A stretch of DNA of 63,636 bases, filler included, from Phoronis australis (GCA_002633005.1; 10 parts of 10 records of this genome joined end to end with filler, not necessarily neighbours in it); one strand, 5' to 3'. Counted from the first letter of the whole stretch, positions 24,001 through 36,286 are shown. Notes: a model not told the origin generated them from the sequence alone. Numbers and translations are program-made.

Positions 24001-26123
24001 GTTCGCCATTAAAGTAATTAATGCTGAAATATAGTGTAATATTTCAATATGCTGACATATTACCATTTGCTTGACGTGCAAAAAGCACACAAATTTAACT
24101 GAGAGACATAACCGCGTGAGTTCACAAGACTATTGGTTGCAAAAGATAACTGATTCACAACTTAGAATGTGACAGATTCAAAAAGCAATTAATTGCCAGT
24201 CAACTGAGTGAGTCCTACAACTATATTTTAAGAAGGGGAACTTGAGTTGCTGCTGATGAAGAATATTTGGTCCTAGTACTACAAAGCACAATTTTGCAAA
24301 AATCTGCAAACGTGCATTGGTCAAGGTGGGAATCTACCTAATGACAGCAGTTTTACTGAGTGAGTGAAAAGAATGATTGCCAAAGGACAAGAAATTGCTT
24401 GCTTTGTATTACCACGTTGTCACTTACGATAACTACCTCTATTGTCCAACTAAATCATTCAGTCACAAGACATGGACTAATGCATTACATAACCACAGGG
24501 ATAATTGTAGAAGTGCACCCCGCGTCATTGGTGAACACACTGTGATTGCTTAGGGTCAGTAGGTCAATTAAAATTGGAAGCAGAAAAGATCTACAAGAGC
24601 AACGCAGAGCGTTGAAATGCGCCCACAATTGCACCGCATACGGTATCCTTCAAGGGTTGTTTACTGGTACCATAAAGTGGCCAGTAGAGGGCATATATGT
24701 AGTATGTTATACTTTGCAAAATGGAAAGGCATGGTCATTGTCTCCTCAATAGGCTAGGGGCAAAATGTGAGTGATCTTCATAATACAAGCACATCCTATA
24801 CATCAGTTGCTTAAAGCACCACAGAAACATAGAATTAAAAACAAATTTACCAACATACGAGATTAGCACAGCATTAGAATGCCAGAAACAAATTTTTACT
24901 TGGAACTTTTCCTTCATAGTCACGAAGTAACACAAAGTATACACCTGAAGACCTATGAAAATACAGAGGTCAATGTAAAATACTTAAATTGCCACTAGAG
25001 GCANTGCAAATGGTTTGGGAGATACAGCCATGGGCGCAAAAAAAAACTGCCACTAGGAGGCACCACAGTAATCAAAGTCATGGGAAATTCAGCGTCAACC
25101 GTCCTCTTCATAGTAAGAACATACATGCCAATTTTCACAATCATACTTAGAGCGGTTTGGTTGATAGAGGGGTGGACGCAAAAATACAGACTCGAAAACA
25201 GTAAAAATGGCCACTGGGTGTCACAAACTAGGTCGAATCCATCCGAAAACGGGAGGATAGCGTCATCGCATTAACAGGTGCCTACATACCAAATTTCATG
25301 AAAATCCGTTAAGGACTTGTGAAGATACAGAGGTAAACATAAAAAATAAAATTGCCACTAGGGGACACACTGGTACGCAAATTTCGTAAAGATCCTGCCA
25401 ACGGTTAAGGAGATACAGCCATAGGCGCAAAAAAAACTGCCACTAGGAGGCGCCACAGTAGTCCAAATCGTCTGAATATCATAGTCAGCTGTCTTCTTTA
25501 TAGTAAGCACATACATGCCAATTTTCACAATCATCCTTTGAGCGGTTTGGTTGACAGAGGGGTGGACGCAAAAATACAGACTCGAAAATGGTAAAAATGG
25601 CCACTAGGTGGCGCAAACTGTGTCGAATTCATCTGAAAACGGGAGGATAGCGTCATCTCACTAATAGGTGCCTACATACCAAATTTCATGAAAATCCGTT
25701 CAGGACTTTTGAAGATACAAAGGTAAGCGTAAAAAACTAAAATTGCCACTAGGGGGCACACCGGTAGTCGGATCCGTCCGAAAGTTCGCACATGCCGTTC
25801 CATTCATGAATGGAACATATGTGCCAAATTTCATGAACATATGTCAAAGGGTTTTGGAGATAGAGAGCAGCGGACGCCGGACGGACGGACGGAGATGCAT
25901 AAAAAGTAACATGGCCTATAGGTCATGTGAATTGGCCAATAGACTTTAGGTCACCCATACAGATGTTTTTCTAAAGAGATCCCTGCAACTAAGCACAATA
26001 ATTCATAATCTCAAACTTTTTGAACACTTTAAATATGATCCAACACCGCACAACCATACTTCTCTCGTTCTCTAGCCGTTCTGTATAGTTTGACTTCTTC
26101 CAACAATTCTGGTCTGTTAGCAC
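18014..26123 (-). CDS. VPS28: Vacuolar protein sorting 28 (ESCRT-I subunit)
   Basis: Seven phase-consistent exons: 26123-26060 (ANRPELLEEVKLYRTAREREK), 23970-23881 ([30 protein letters not shown]), 23319-23214 (YTAACSRLLVQYKAAFKQV...), 21307-21206 (LDCPAAMERIREGRPITIKDDKGNTSKCIADIVS), 20026-19973 (LFITIMDKLRLEIKATDE), 19639-19548 (IHPDLRELLDVMNRLS...QW) and 18134-18014 (LDTLDKMQASDELEDTQVRQLLFDLETSYNGFNRILHNA*). The start exon is uncertain. Confidence 0.95.
21601..22070. mobile_element. 470-bp MITE with long TIRs and TA TSD in a VPS28 intron (Tc1/mariner-type)
   Basis: TA|CAGCACACATCACGAATTATTGTCCG...CGGACAAAAATTCGTGATGTGTGCTG|TA. The imperfect TIRs run about 65 bp, and the interior is packed with (A)GCCGACC motifs. 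Confidence 0.85.
24946..25935 (-). mobile_element. Helentron-associated (HINE/DINE-1-like) element with internal tandem units of about 365-390 bp
   Basis: About 2.5 diverged tandem units containing CCAAATTTCATGAAAATCCG, an (ACGG)n = (GTCC)n microsatellite near 25872-25892, and a hairpin ACATGGCC-TATA-GGTCATGT near 25910-25929. Confidence 0.6.
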
Positions 26124-27489
26124 CTACAATAAATAGTACATGACATTGTATTATTTTCCATTCTGTAAAGCATCTATGAATCATAGGAATTTCATACTTT
26201 AAACCCACCAATGATCACTTGATGGTAAGAACAATGACATGACCCTTTTCTTTGGGCAATTACGCTGCCCGTGGAAATCTGCAGCATCCACAAGCGATAG
26301 CATATCCCCATAAAACTTACTCAGACATTAAAAATTAATAAAACATCGAATGAAACTTCTTCTTCCAACTACAGCAAGCTTCAACAAGTTGAAGTGGTGG
26401 ACCTCACTTTGGAGACAATATTGAAGCATGCATATGTATGTAGTGAGTTATATTAACACATACCAGTACCCTGGAGAAAATATAATAAACAGTATTTAAA
26501 CATAACCAAGAAAACCTGTGGAGGATTGCTCGAGCTTTATTCACAGGGCACCATCTTGAGGAAATTACACGAAATCAAGTCAATTCAGGAACACAAAGGG
26601 ACACAAATCTTACAAGTTCTTCCAGAAATCCTTCCATGCTATTTTTGCCAAGTGTCTGTCACCAGGTAGTGTGCTCATACAGACCCTCATTGTTACCGAA
26701 CTCGTGTGACGACAATTGACCAACTAGTACTTTATGTTTATCGTGGACTATGAAAAAGTTAACAGCGATTAAAACTGTTGAGTTGAAATTCTTTCCCAAA
26801 GTCATCCCAATTTCCGTAGAGTACTCCATGGAGGATATGCATAGAAACAGAAAAAAATGTTGAAGAAAGTAATTAGTGCTTCTTAAGTGATAAAAGTCTT
26901 AAATGTATTTTTGATGCAGTGAAAATCCTCTCATTCGGTGATTGAATTTGGACTACCACCCATTTAAAATACATGGGTATGAGATTAGTATCTATACTGA
27001 GACCAATGAGGAGATACAATAGCCTCTCAACAGCCAGTCAAAGCTGTGTATTGCCTATTTAAAGCTATATACTGAATATACAGCTTGCGCCGATGTGGGT
27101 TAAAAACTGGCCAATTAAAACCTGGCAAAAATTTAGTAACGCTAAAAAACTACAATCTTCCTTGATTAAACTAAATTATTTACCGGTGTTGGAAAAATTG
27201 GCATTTTACTGTTATTCTGCTGCTAAAATTGTGGAAAAATCATTTGGAAAAAAATAGGAAATGGCACATCACGAGCGTACTGTTTTCAAAACGATGACAG
27301 ACTTTTCTTTGTTACAAAAGGCGGAGAATTCTGCAAGAAAGCGATGTTTATTATATTGTTGGCTGCAATGGGCAAGGTGAGAGTCGATTGACTCTCATAT
27401 TTTGCACGCACCCAATCCCCCCAGTCAATGCTCTAGATGTTGATTTAGCTTTTTTGGTGAGGTGGCAAGCAGAACTACCCGTACTGTGT

Positions 27490-27580
27490 GAAATTTCGGG
27501 GTGTAACGGACCTCAACACACACAATGGTACCTAGCTGTATTTAGACGATAGTCTTCATACATCTGGCTGGCTGGCTACT
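27490..27580. repeat. Interspersed repeat, second copy at about 30440-30530
   Basis: GAAATTTCGgGGTgTAACGgAcCTCAA...TACCTAGcTGTATTT...GGCTGGCTACT is shared between two different contigs. Confidence 0.65.
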
Positions 27581-27588
27581 CAGTAAGT

Positions 27589-27630
27589 AACACGTAGCCC
27601 CTCGGTTGGCCAGTTAGGGGCTACAATACT
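27589..27630 (-). mobile_element. Helentron/HINE-like terminal stem-loop, second copy at 44868-44909
   Basis: AACACGTAGCCCCT-CGGTTGGCCAnn-TAGGGGCTACAATACT is near-identical in two contigs. It has a 9-bp stem followed by GTGTT on the minus strand. Confidence 0.55.
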
Positions 27631-28315
27631 TCTCATCGCTTTCTACAAATTTCGTCCCATGCATTTTAAACGGGCGGTAGGCCAAATCCAGCCACCGACT
27701 GAGAGTTTTCACCTCGTCAAAATAAAGTCTACACTTAAAACTATGACTTCAAAAAGCGCTTTCTTTCTTCAGTGTTCCTTTGTACTTCAACACATATCTT
27801 CGATGAAGTATATGCTACGACAATTAAGGTAACTTCTATGGCGAAGAATTCCAACACCACTTTTTGGTCATCGTTGACTTTTTCACCACACGCGTGATAA
27901 CCACAAAGTATTTCAACTGAGTCACATGAGTTAGGCAAAGTTTAGTGCGAGACTGAGTGAAGTGCGTGACGCTGGTGCGTGACACTTGCAATGTAGCATG
28001 GGAAGGTATCAGGTAAAATTTGTAAGATTTGTGTCCTTGGACATGCATAATTTCACATAACTTCCTCAAAATGGCACCCGGTAAGATCGAAACTCGAGCA
28101 AATCTTGACTTAATCGGCTCGAGATCGTGTTAATTATAACTCCATGTGCATTACTCATGTTTCATTTGATTTTATTTCCTGTATTTTGAAATTCGGAACT
28201 TTTCGTGGGGATGTTAACTATTGCCCATGTATGCCCTCCACATACAGGGCGATGTAATTGCCGGTAACTCAGTGCTACTGCTGTTGCTGACTGTTGTGTT
28301 GGAGTGTCAATAAAT

Positions 28316-28598
28316 TGTAGTAATAGCCGAGATTACCCGACCCGGGGATCGAACCAGCGACCCCCATAAAACCGGCAAGCGTGCTAACCATTCAGCTAAT
28401 AGGCAGTTGCCCGTTAGCGAGTAGCTAACAGAGGCTCATATAATTCACCGGAAGCACATCTACAACATTCTCCCCTTTCCTACGGAACGGGCACGCGACA
28501 GGAAGGTGAACACCAGGATGTCTCGCATACAGGTCATCAACGTCCCTTGGTACCTTTACCACCACAACACAGGTGAACACAAGGTCGTCTCTCATACA
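28316..28598 (-). mobile_element. Non-autonomous LTR element (TRIM-like) with a tRNA-derived Pol III cassette inside a 149-bp LTR (28316-28464)
   Basis: TGTAG...CTACA termini. The minus-strand purine tract GGAAAGGGGAGAATGT directly precedes the LTR. The internal A box TAGCTGAATGG and B box GGTTCGATCCC lie at about 28336-28404. The rest is cut off by the linker. Confidence 0.6.
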
Positions 28599-29200
28599 NN
28601 NNNNNNNNNNNNNNNNNNNNNNNNNNNNNNNNNNNNNNNNNNTTAATTAATTAANNNNNNNNNNNNNNNNNNNNNNNNNNNNNNNNNNNNNNNNNNNNAA
28701 ATTTGATTGATGATGCGAACATTTAATACATTTAAAAGAGTCGGCATTATGATTACCATTGTTAGACTGTACAAGTTTAACCTTCACCACAATTATGAAT
28801 AATAGTCTGAAATGCCTGAAAAAGTTTTTGTGGTGTCCATTCAACTTGCAAAAATCTAAAAAGTAGACTCCATGCCAGAAGAACATGAGAAAAACTAGGA
28901 AATATTGAAAATTCATTTGATGTAAATTCATGGAAAATCTCTTGAAATGAATTAAAAAGTTCTCTTGGAAGTCGGGTTAAGAGATCTTGCATTCAGTTAT
29001 GATCGACAACAGTTATAAGTACGAGTTACTTCTAGTTACTTTTTTGTGAAATAATGAGTCTAAATTGAAAATGAAATCTTGGAAAATGAAAAACGATTTG
29101 GCTGGGGACTGTGGTTTGGTGCTTTGATTGGCATATTTGTTACATCGATATTTTTGTGTCGATCTGGTTATCGTAAGGTGTGTGTGAGAAGATCTTGCCG

Positions 29201-29363
29201 TTCATGTATTGAAGAAGCTGTGTTATGATAGCACCTGGCGTGATTCTTACACTAATGTTCTCATGTCTCCCTAGTTATCGTACAGCGTATATTACAGACT
29301 TCACCCTTCATGTATTGAAGAAGCTGTGTTATGATAGCACCTGGCGGGATTCTTACACTAATG
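29201..29363. repeat. 57-bp direct repeat, two copies 106 bp apart
   Basis: TTCATGTATTGAAGAAGCTGTGTTATGATAGCACCTGGCG(T/G)GATTCTTACACTAATG at 29201 and 29307. Confidence 0.85.
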
Positions 29364-29486
29364 AAGTTTTCACTGACCCGTCACTCGGCGAAACGTTCCC
29401 CTCTCAGAAGGCCGCACACACATGAGGCACCTTTCCCCTCTGATATGGATGAGGCCTCTGAAAAAACATGATAACTATACTTGTTC

Positions 29487-29627
29487 CATGGAGGATCCAG
29501 GACTTTCAGTTAGGGGGGAGGGCAAGGCAGAGTATTAGCCAGGATTTTGCCCGTCAGAAATTCGCGCTCCTGAATTGCCAAATGGAATCTGGCACAGCCC
29601 CTTGACTCCCCTCTAAATCCGTCACTG
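29487..29627. mobile_element. ~150-bp MITE family B (GGCGGATCCAG / GGCGGATTTAG termini, 5-bp TSD)
   Basis: TSD TGTTC on both sides. A reverse-complement copy at 58137-58294 has TSD GTCGC, and partial copies occur near 40677 and 59005-59035. Confidence 0.75.
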
Positions 29628-31540
29628 TGTTCTGTCCAGTTAAATTGAGCTCTAAAACGAGGTTATGCTTTGGACGAAAGAATTAGGTGTTTTAATTTCA
29701 AAATTCAACTTGGTCGAGATGGACATTTGAAAATATAACCCATGAAATAGACGTAATTATTAAAACCAAGCAAGCAGAATTGATGGTCATATGATTTTTA
29801 TTTTCAATTGCGAGCCTAGTTTTTTATCGTAATCAAAATATATATCATACATCAAGTATTATTTCAGATCAATGACAAATCAACTATTAGTCCCGGTAGT
29901 GCCTACCTCACCAGGACCTAGGCTATGCTTGAAGCTAATAGGCCTACTCTTGATCAACAAATTAAACCAGATGAGACTAATTGAACATGACAGCAAAATG
30001 CTATGAGCCACCACTGTCGAATATATCTTCAACTCGTCAACAATATGACCAGATGACCTGATTCATGTAGAAAGCATTTTTATCAAGAATTTATTACAAA
30101 AAACGTAGCCCTGCATTCAGCATGATACCTAATCCGTAACACTACGATCGCCGCAATTTGGTCATGTTTACTTTTCATGTTTCGAGCCTAGTTTTCCGGA
30201 AAAAACTACATCCTTTCGTCAGACAACTCGTTGGTGCATTGACTTGTTCTTTAACTGTATTTTTCTACGTATCTGTGGTTAATTATCGACATATTTTTAA
30301 GATTTTAATACCCAGGTTGGACTCAAAAGACCGGCCATTTGACTAACGCATTGTCAACTTCCGCTTTGTTTATTGCAGTGAGCCTCGCTTTGGATTTTAA
30401 TGTCCTCCACGTGAGTTAGGTCTATACACCGGCCTGTATGAAATTTCGTGGTCTAACGAAGCTCAAATTCACAGTGTTACCTAGTTGTATTTTGGCGATC
30501 GTCTTCAAACAGCTAGTTGGCTGGCTACTATCTTTATAAATAAGTATGTTTTCATGCAATCCAGATTTTATTTCAGAGTTTTAATTTATTACAGGTACTC
30601 ACCGCTGTGTTTCTATTATTAAGTTTTCATTAATTTGAGGTTGTCCAAGTCAAAATGGCGGCGACTACGGGTTGCAGGATTTCAAGGCGAATTATTTTGA
30701 ATAATAATATAAAATTTTCAATGAATTTGAATACAATTGCTTTGTACTAAAAGATCAAGCTAATATGTGTTGTAACGTTTCCACGTATTTGCACCAAATT
30801 AAACGGTCCATTGTCGCCGATTCCAGTACGGACACACACTCGACAGCGGCCCGGCCGAAATTTTGCAGCTTTCACACATTCAGCTTCACGAATGCAAAGT
30901 TCCTAACATCAAAGTTTTGTATCAAGCAAACAACACTGTATAAAAAGCATTGTGAAAACTGCCTGATAACAATTCAGAGGAAGTGTTTTTTTCCGGCTGT
31001 TTCGGCGACCCCAGTCACCCTCACGGGGATTCCCATATGGGCCCGTTTTAGAATGTGTGCTAAATAATGGAATAAAAATTTCTAAAGGCAATGATTTTGA
31101 TCAATTTTAATATTAATCGACATGAAATGAACAATTAATGTGTTTCCCCGATTTTCCACGTATTTTACACTAAATTAAACTGCCAGTAATCGCTCATTCC
31201 AATACGATGGTAACACCGTGAAAGCCAAATTCGTTGTAACGATGATGTCATAGACTTCGATTGGTGCAAGCGCCATCTCAAGTATTTTGGCGCTAAAAGG
31301 GGTTCGTGATGGGGCTATTGTATTGTAAAAGGCCTACTTAATTAATGACTGGGGTATGCTATAACAGCGTATGTTGGTATTTTTCATGAATATACGTATT
31401 TTAGATATAAAAATAGTCATTTTGGCACCATACTAGGCCANNNNNNNNNNNNNNNNNNNNNNNNNNNNNNNNNNNNNNNNNNNNTTAATTAATTAANNNN
31501 NNNNNNNNNNNNNNNNNNNNNNNNNNNNNNNNNNNNNNNN

Positions 31541-34500
31541 ACAATTCATCGCCGTGCATACGATTAAACTTCCTACACTCCTCAATTACGCGGCGAGCCT
31601 CTTTTTCAATCTCATTCTCACGATCTGCCAAAACAAAGCGAGTCTCTTTACTCCCAACTTCCTTTTGCGACTCTTTTTTCAGCTCCGGTTGCGCCTTCAT
31701 TTCCACTTTGCTACTTTGTTTAGCAGACGTCTGCTGTGCTAAAGTCTCCAAATCTATGCTGCTGTCGGCTGCTCTCATTTCCTCCATCTTTCTACTCTCC
31801 ACGTCACGTCGCACCTTCTCTCGGGCTCGGCGCCGTTCGTTCCTCTGAAGCTCCAGCTCGGCTGACCTCAGGCGAGCACCACGCTCTCGACTGAAATTGC
31901 GCAAGATGTGCTGCACAGGGTTTCGCACAAAGTCGCAGAAGCGGAGCACACGTTCCCCGGAGTCGCGGTCACGTGACCGGTACATGCGATCGAAACGCTC
32001 CCACATGTCATTAATGTCTGGCGGGAGACTGGTGGCAGAGTCGTCCTGTAGAGCGTCTCTCAACATGTCCAGTGCGTGTGCGCCATCATAGTCTCTACCC
32101 ACCAGAGGCTCGGCAGATGACGACCTGCAACCAACAAATAAACAGTGCAGAATTCAATAGATTATCTAACATGACATCACACGTCGAGTCCTCGGTTATT
32201 GCACCCACCACTACAGTCCGTTATGCCATGTGTTACAGACTGACTGCCTTGCCACATATGATCGAATCTCAAGTGTCAATTTATGACAGTGAAAAACGTA
32301 TTTGGAGCAGAATTTCCTTAATGTTTAAAATAATGAGGATCACACAGGCCAGAAAATCACAGAGTTTTTTTATGGTTCAGTTATGCTGTGCAGATTCACA
32401 CCTGTCCAGCTGATCAACATTTATGCCACGAGTTTGATTGTGACTCAAATGAAACTTTTAAATACCATAGCTTATGCATTGTTTTTCGAAACAGAGTTGG
32501 CAATTGTTTTCAAAATGTTCCACCTTTGCGTAAGAGGCTATCAAAATTGGCACTTTAAGGATTTTTATGAAAAAGATTTAAACACTGGATGAAAAGAAAA
32601 TGAAGGCAGAATCCAGAAAACTGTAAGAACCTTTTTGAGATTTAATCTTGAATATTTAAGCGGAAAGAAAGTTCAACACATTATTGATATCACAGTTTTA
32701 CTCTAGCTGCACCTTTACAATATTTTATTAAAAAAAAGACCTGCAATGCAAGTAATGGCAGATAAGATTTAAAGTCAATAATCAAACTCTACAAGATTTC
32801 CACTTTCAGGTTCTGAGGATTTGTACCGAAGGTTTGGCATCTTCTGGTACGAAACTGGATTAAAAGAATTGTAGCTGACATGGCCGTGGAATCTTTTCCA
32901 ACCCGAGATTTGCCTTGATAATCACAATGATGAACAAAGTTTCTACCAAAGACAGAATCGTATTTACAATGCAAAGTTCACTGGCAAGACAGAAATGTTT
33001 ACCACATCTTTCTGAAGCTCACCTTGGAAGTTGTTGATGGCTAGGTTTTGACAGAGGTCGTGAACTGCTTAACCTTGGTGACAACGGTGGCGACCTTGGT
33101 GGTGACCTTTGAGGCGATTTCAGAATTGACTTTGGAGGAGAGGGCAGCGGAGGCGTGGGTGGTCGCAGGGCAGACAAAGGGGGTGACTTAGGAGGAGACC
33201 TCACTGTGGAGTGAGGGGGAGGGTGGCGCGGTGGGGGTGACCTCCTCTCAGGTGANAAAGGGGGTGACTTAGGAGGAGACCTCACTGTGGAGTGAGGGGG
33301 AGGGTGGCGCGGTGGGGGTGACCTCCTCTCAGGTGATGATCTTTGGTGAGTGGGGGAGCTTCCTTCATCCTGAAATATTCTTGGCTATTTCAGAAGATAA
33401 AGATTTACATTCCCTGACAAACATTATTTCCAATACAAGCAGTATTAAAGAAAATCACTATTTTACCAATGTTTTACAGGAAAATTTTTTCAACACTTGA
33501 AGGGGTCAATTGACGATTATTTATGCACTCAACAATGTTGATTTTGGACTGAAAAAGGAAATGCTTGGTACAATGCTTCTTATACAGCATGATTGAGAAA
33601 TACAAAATTTTTACACAAGCCCATTGCTGACATGCACTAAATTTACACAGCATTAAATATATATCTGTCTAATTGTTACTGCTTGACAAATGTAGCATTT
33701 TCAGTATCATATACTTGCATAAAGTGGATATCTCATCAGTCACTTAACCTAACCATGTTCAAAAGATTTCCTGTCCTAACCACAGCTTCAGCTTGGGACC
33801 TTCTGCAGCCTATAAGACATCTACTTTATGCATACATAATAACATGATCGATATTTTTTGTTTTCAATCTTCCCAATGAAGAATCCCAATTCCAAATTAA
33901 GATTTCTCAAAATGTAAATGAGAAAATTTCGCTGCACTGTTTTACCTCATCAGGGACTAGAGGAGTGAAATTATCCTTGCTTCGTAGGCTCGACGGGTAC
34001 TCTATGAATGATTTGGGAGGGCGACTGCGGAGGTCATCGCCATTGGGAGAGGGGTAGGCGTGTCGTGAACTATCTTCAAATTGCCGACGTATTCCAGACT
34101 ACAAGACACAGGGCAATAATTACACAATAAAAACCACAAAACAGGCAGTTCCTAATGCAAGTGTGTCATAAACAATAATTACGTGCACAACGTAAGCAAT
34201 TCGTAAGCAGACTTCAAAATGAATTAAAGGGCAATAAACACATGTATTCTGTTAAAAAACATGTTTTGATTTAGGCCAGTGTTATAAAATTGGTCTTGTC
34301 TTGTTTCTGACTTGGAGCAGGAGCAGAAATGATTTCTATACTTGGAAAGAAGTAAAAGTGTCTTTTTGTTTCAAACCATGCTCACAACGTTTGCAGGTTA
34401 GTTTCAGCTACCCAAACAGTACAGGCATCATAGGAATTCTAGGCATTTTATGTATAACCAATTTAAATTCAAGCAAAGGAAGAACATTAGTATGCTTCTG

Positions 34501-36286
34501 AAGAAACCTGTTTTCGACTCTGAAGCATATGGGATAAGGCCATAGTATTTATTAATTTGTTCTGGTTTGCACCCAACAAATTTTGAAACCTGCACCGCAA
34601 ACCTGGCATCAGGTGGCGCTGGAGGTAAAAAAAGAGAGATGTATCCCGAGGCACTTTAGGTGACATCATTGCATCACCTCACCAATTTTCAATCTGTGCT
34701 ATAAATCAAAATAACCATAATTGACGAATCTGATTTTTATTACCACATAAAACCTGTGGAAGATAATTGAAACAGCTCTAACAGATAGAATGGATTATAT
34801 AGCACTCACTATTTGCCCCTCTGGAAACAGATCTTTATGGGAGAACACCTGCTTTATGCATACATTTATGTTATTCCAAACTTAAGAAGTGTCACAAAAC
34901 CTCCTGACCTACATACCAGATCCTTAGTTGGACCAGATGACCTCAGACCACTGTCTCTACGGGGCATAGACAGCTCAGCCGATCTCTGCACACTCGTGTG
35001 AAGCGCCCTCTCCAGGGTTCTCTCCAAGTCCTCCATTTCTCTACGAACATCACCCTGGCAAGACATGAAACTAATCAGTTCCCAATCGCCAATCTGATTT
35101 TAGAAATTACACAAAACCAGCAAACCTGTGACATCAACCTTATTCAACAATAAGATTGTGATGCAATAATAAGTCGTTGGTTGTCATAGCGACTAACAAA
35201 ATCATTAGTCAGACTTGTAGCCTACTGGCAACTGAATTACACCACGACGTGCCTTATTGTGCTGGTGCTCAAAACAATGAAATTCAAAATTAAAATTAAT
35301 TATCCATACACAGCAACATTATACTGCAACAAATTCAACTACTGTCAACATATCAGTCATATTGTTTCAGACATATAATAATGCCAAAGGAAGGAAGAAA
35401 AGCATTGAAATGTCAACCAAAACAAGACGTTTACTGCGGTGCACATAACACAGCCAAGACGCTTGCATCCAAAAATGCCCTTTTCAACATTTTAACTCAA
35501 AGTGTTTCACACATAAGTGAATGGGTCTCACCTTTACTTAGATATGCAGATTAGAATTCCTTGTATTAGCCAGTACTCAGCTTTTACACAGAGTGAACGG
35601 CTTTTCACCGATTGGTGAAATGAACATAAACCAAAGAAAGGGAGGAAAATTCCTGTTCAGTGCATTAGTAATAACCAAATCAAATACAACTGACATATAT
35701 AAGGAACCGCAAACGGTCTTGCTGGTTCTATTTCACCTCTATTTACCTTCCTATAACAAAAACAAAACAAATTGTCGACCATCGTCTCTTAATTTTTGGC
35801 CTAATGATGTCATTACCCAAATAACCCCAAAAATGCAAGTGGTGGAATGACAAGCGAATAGCAAATAGTCGAATCTTTGAGTGAATAAGTTCTTTCGAAC
35901 GGCTTGATATCTGTGCAGTCATATTCGCCGAACTATTTCTGCAGATAAATGTGTTCACACGACCACAATTTTGACGCGTGCAGGATAATATTTGATGTGT
36001 AATTCGAGTTTGATATGAATGACTCAACTCTACTCTTTCAATATACAAGCTTCCAACCTTGTCTAAGGGTTGGTCAGTAAGTTGAAAACAGTTCCTAACC
36101 AGTAGGAATATAGGCTTCATCACGTTACCTCTTTGATGGTCCGGAGGTGAGGAGCTGCATAGGATGTTTTTGACTTCGGTGATTTTCTCATGCGGCTGCC
36201 ATAAATTCCCAGCTCGATACGTGCAGAATCTGGACGCGTGCCAAAATGACGTGCTGATATAGGAGGACCTTCGGCATCGTCGGAGC
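31541..36286 (-). CDS. ALMS1: ALMS1-like centrosomal/basal body protein, internal exons (partial gene)
   Basis: Five phase-consistent exons: 36286-36129, 35054-34917, 34098-33946, 33369-33023 and 32124 to the linker at 31541. Two blocks match human ALMS1 as recalled. SDDAEGPPISARHFGTRPDSARIELGIYGSR resembles SNDAIAPDFPAQVLGTRDD...EGIYSKR, and INDMWERF...ERVLRFCDFVRNPVQHIL resembles LNELWNKY...DRLDRLAKILQNPITHSL, in the same order. Confidence 0.7.
33176..33336. repeat. In-frame 81-bp tandem duplication in the Ser/Pro-rich ALMS1-like exon
   Basis: Two identical 80-bp copies separated by one N (33256), encoding SPERRSPPPRHPPPHSTVRSPPKSPP twice. Confidence 0.8.

Noticed and set aside
28336-28404. 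Functional tRNA gene
   Set aside because: The A and B boxes are good, but the acceptor and anticodon stems pair poorly and the sequence sits inside an LTR-like unit.
1126-36286. Ciliary gene cluster (RPGRIP1L plus ALMS1-like)
   Set aside because: The genes lie on different contigs joined by artificial linkers.
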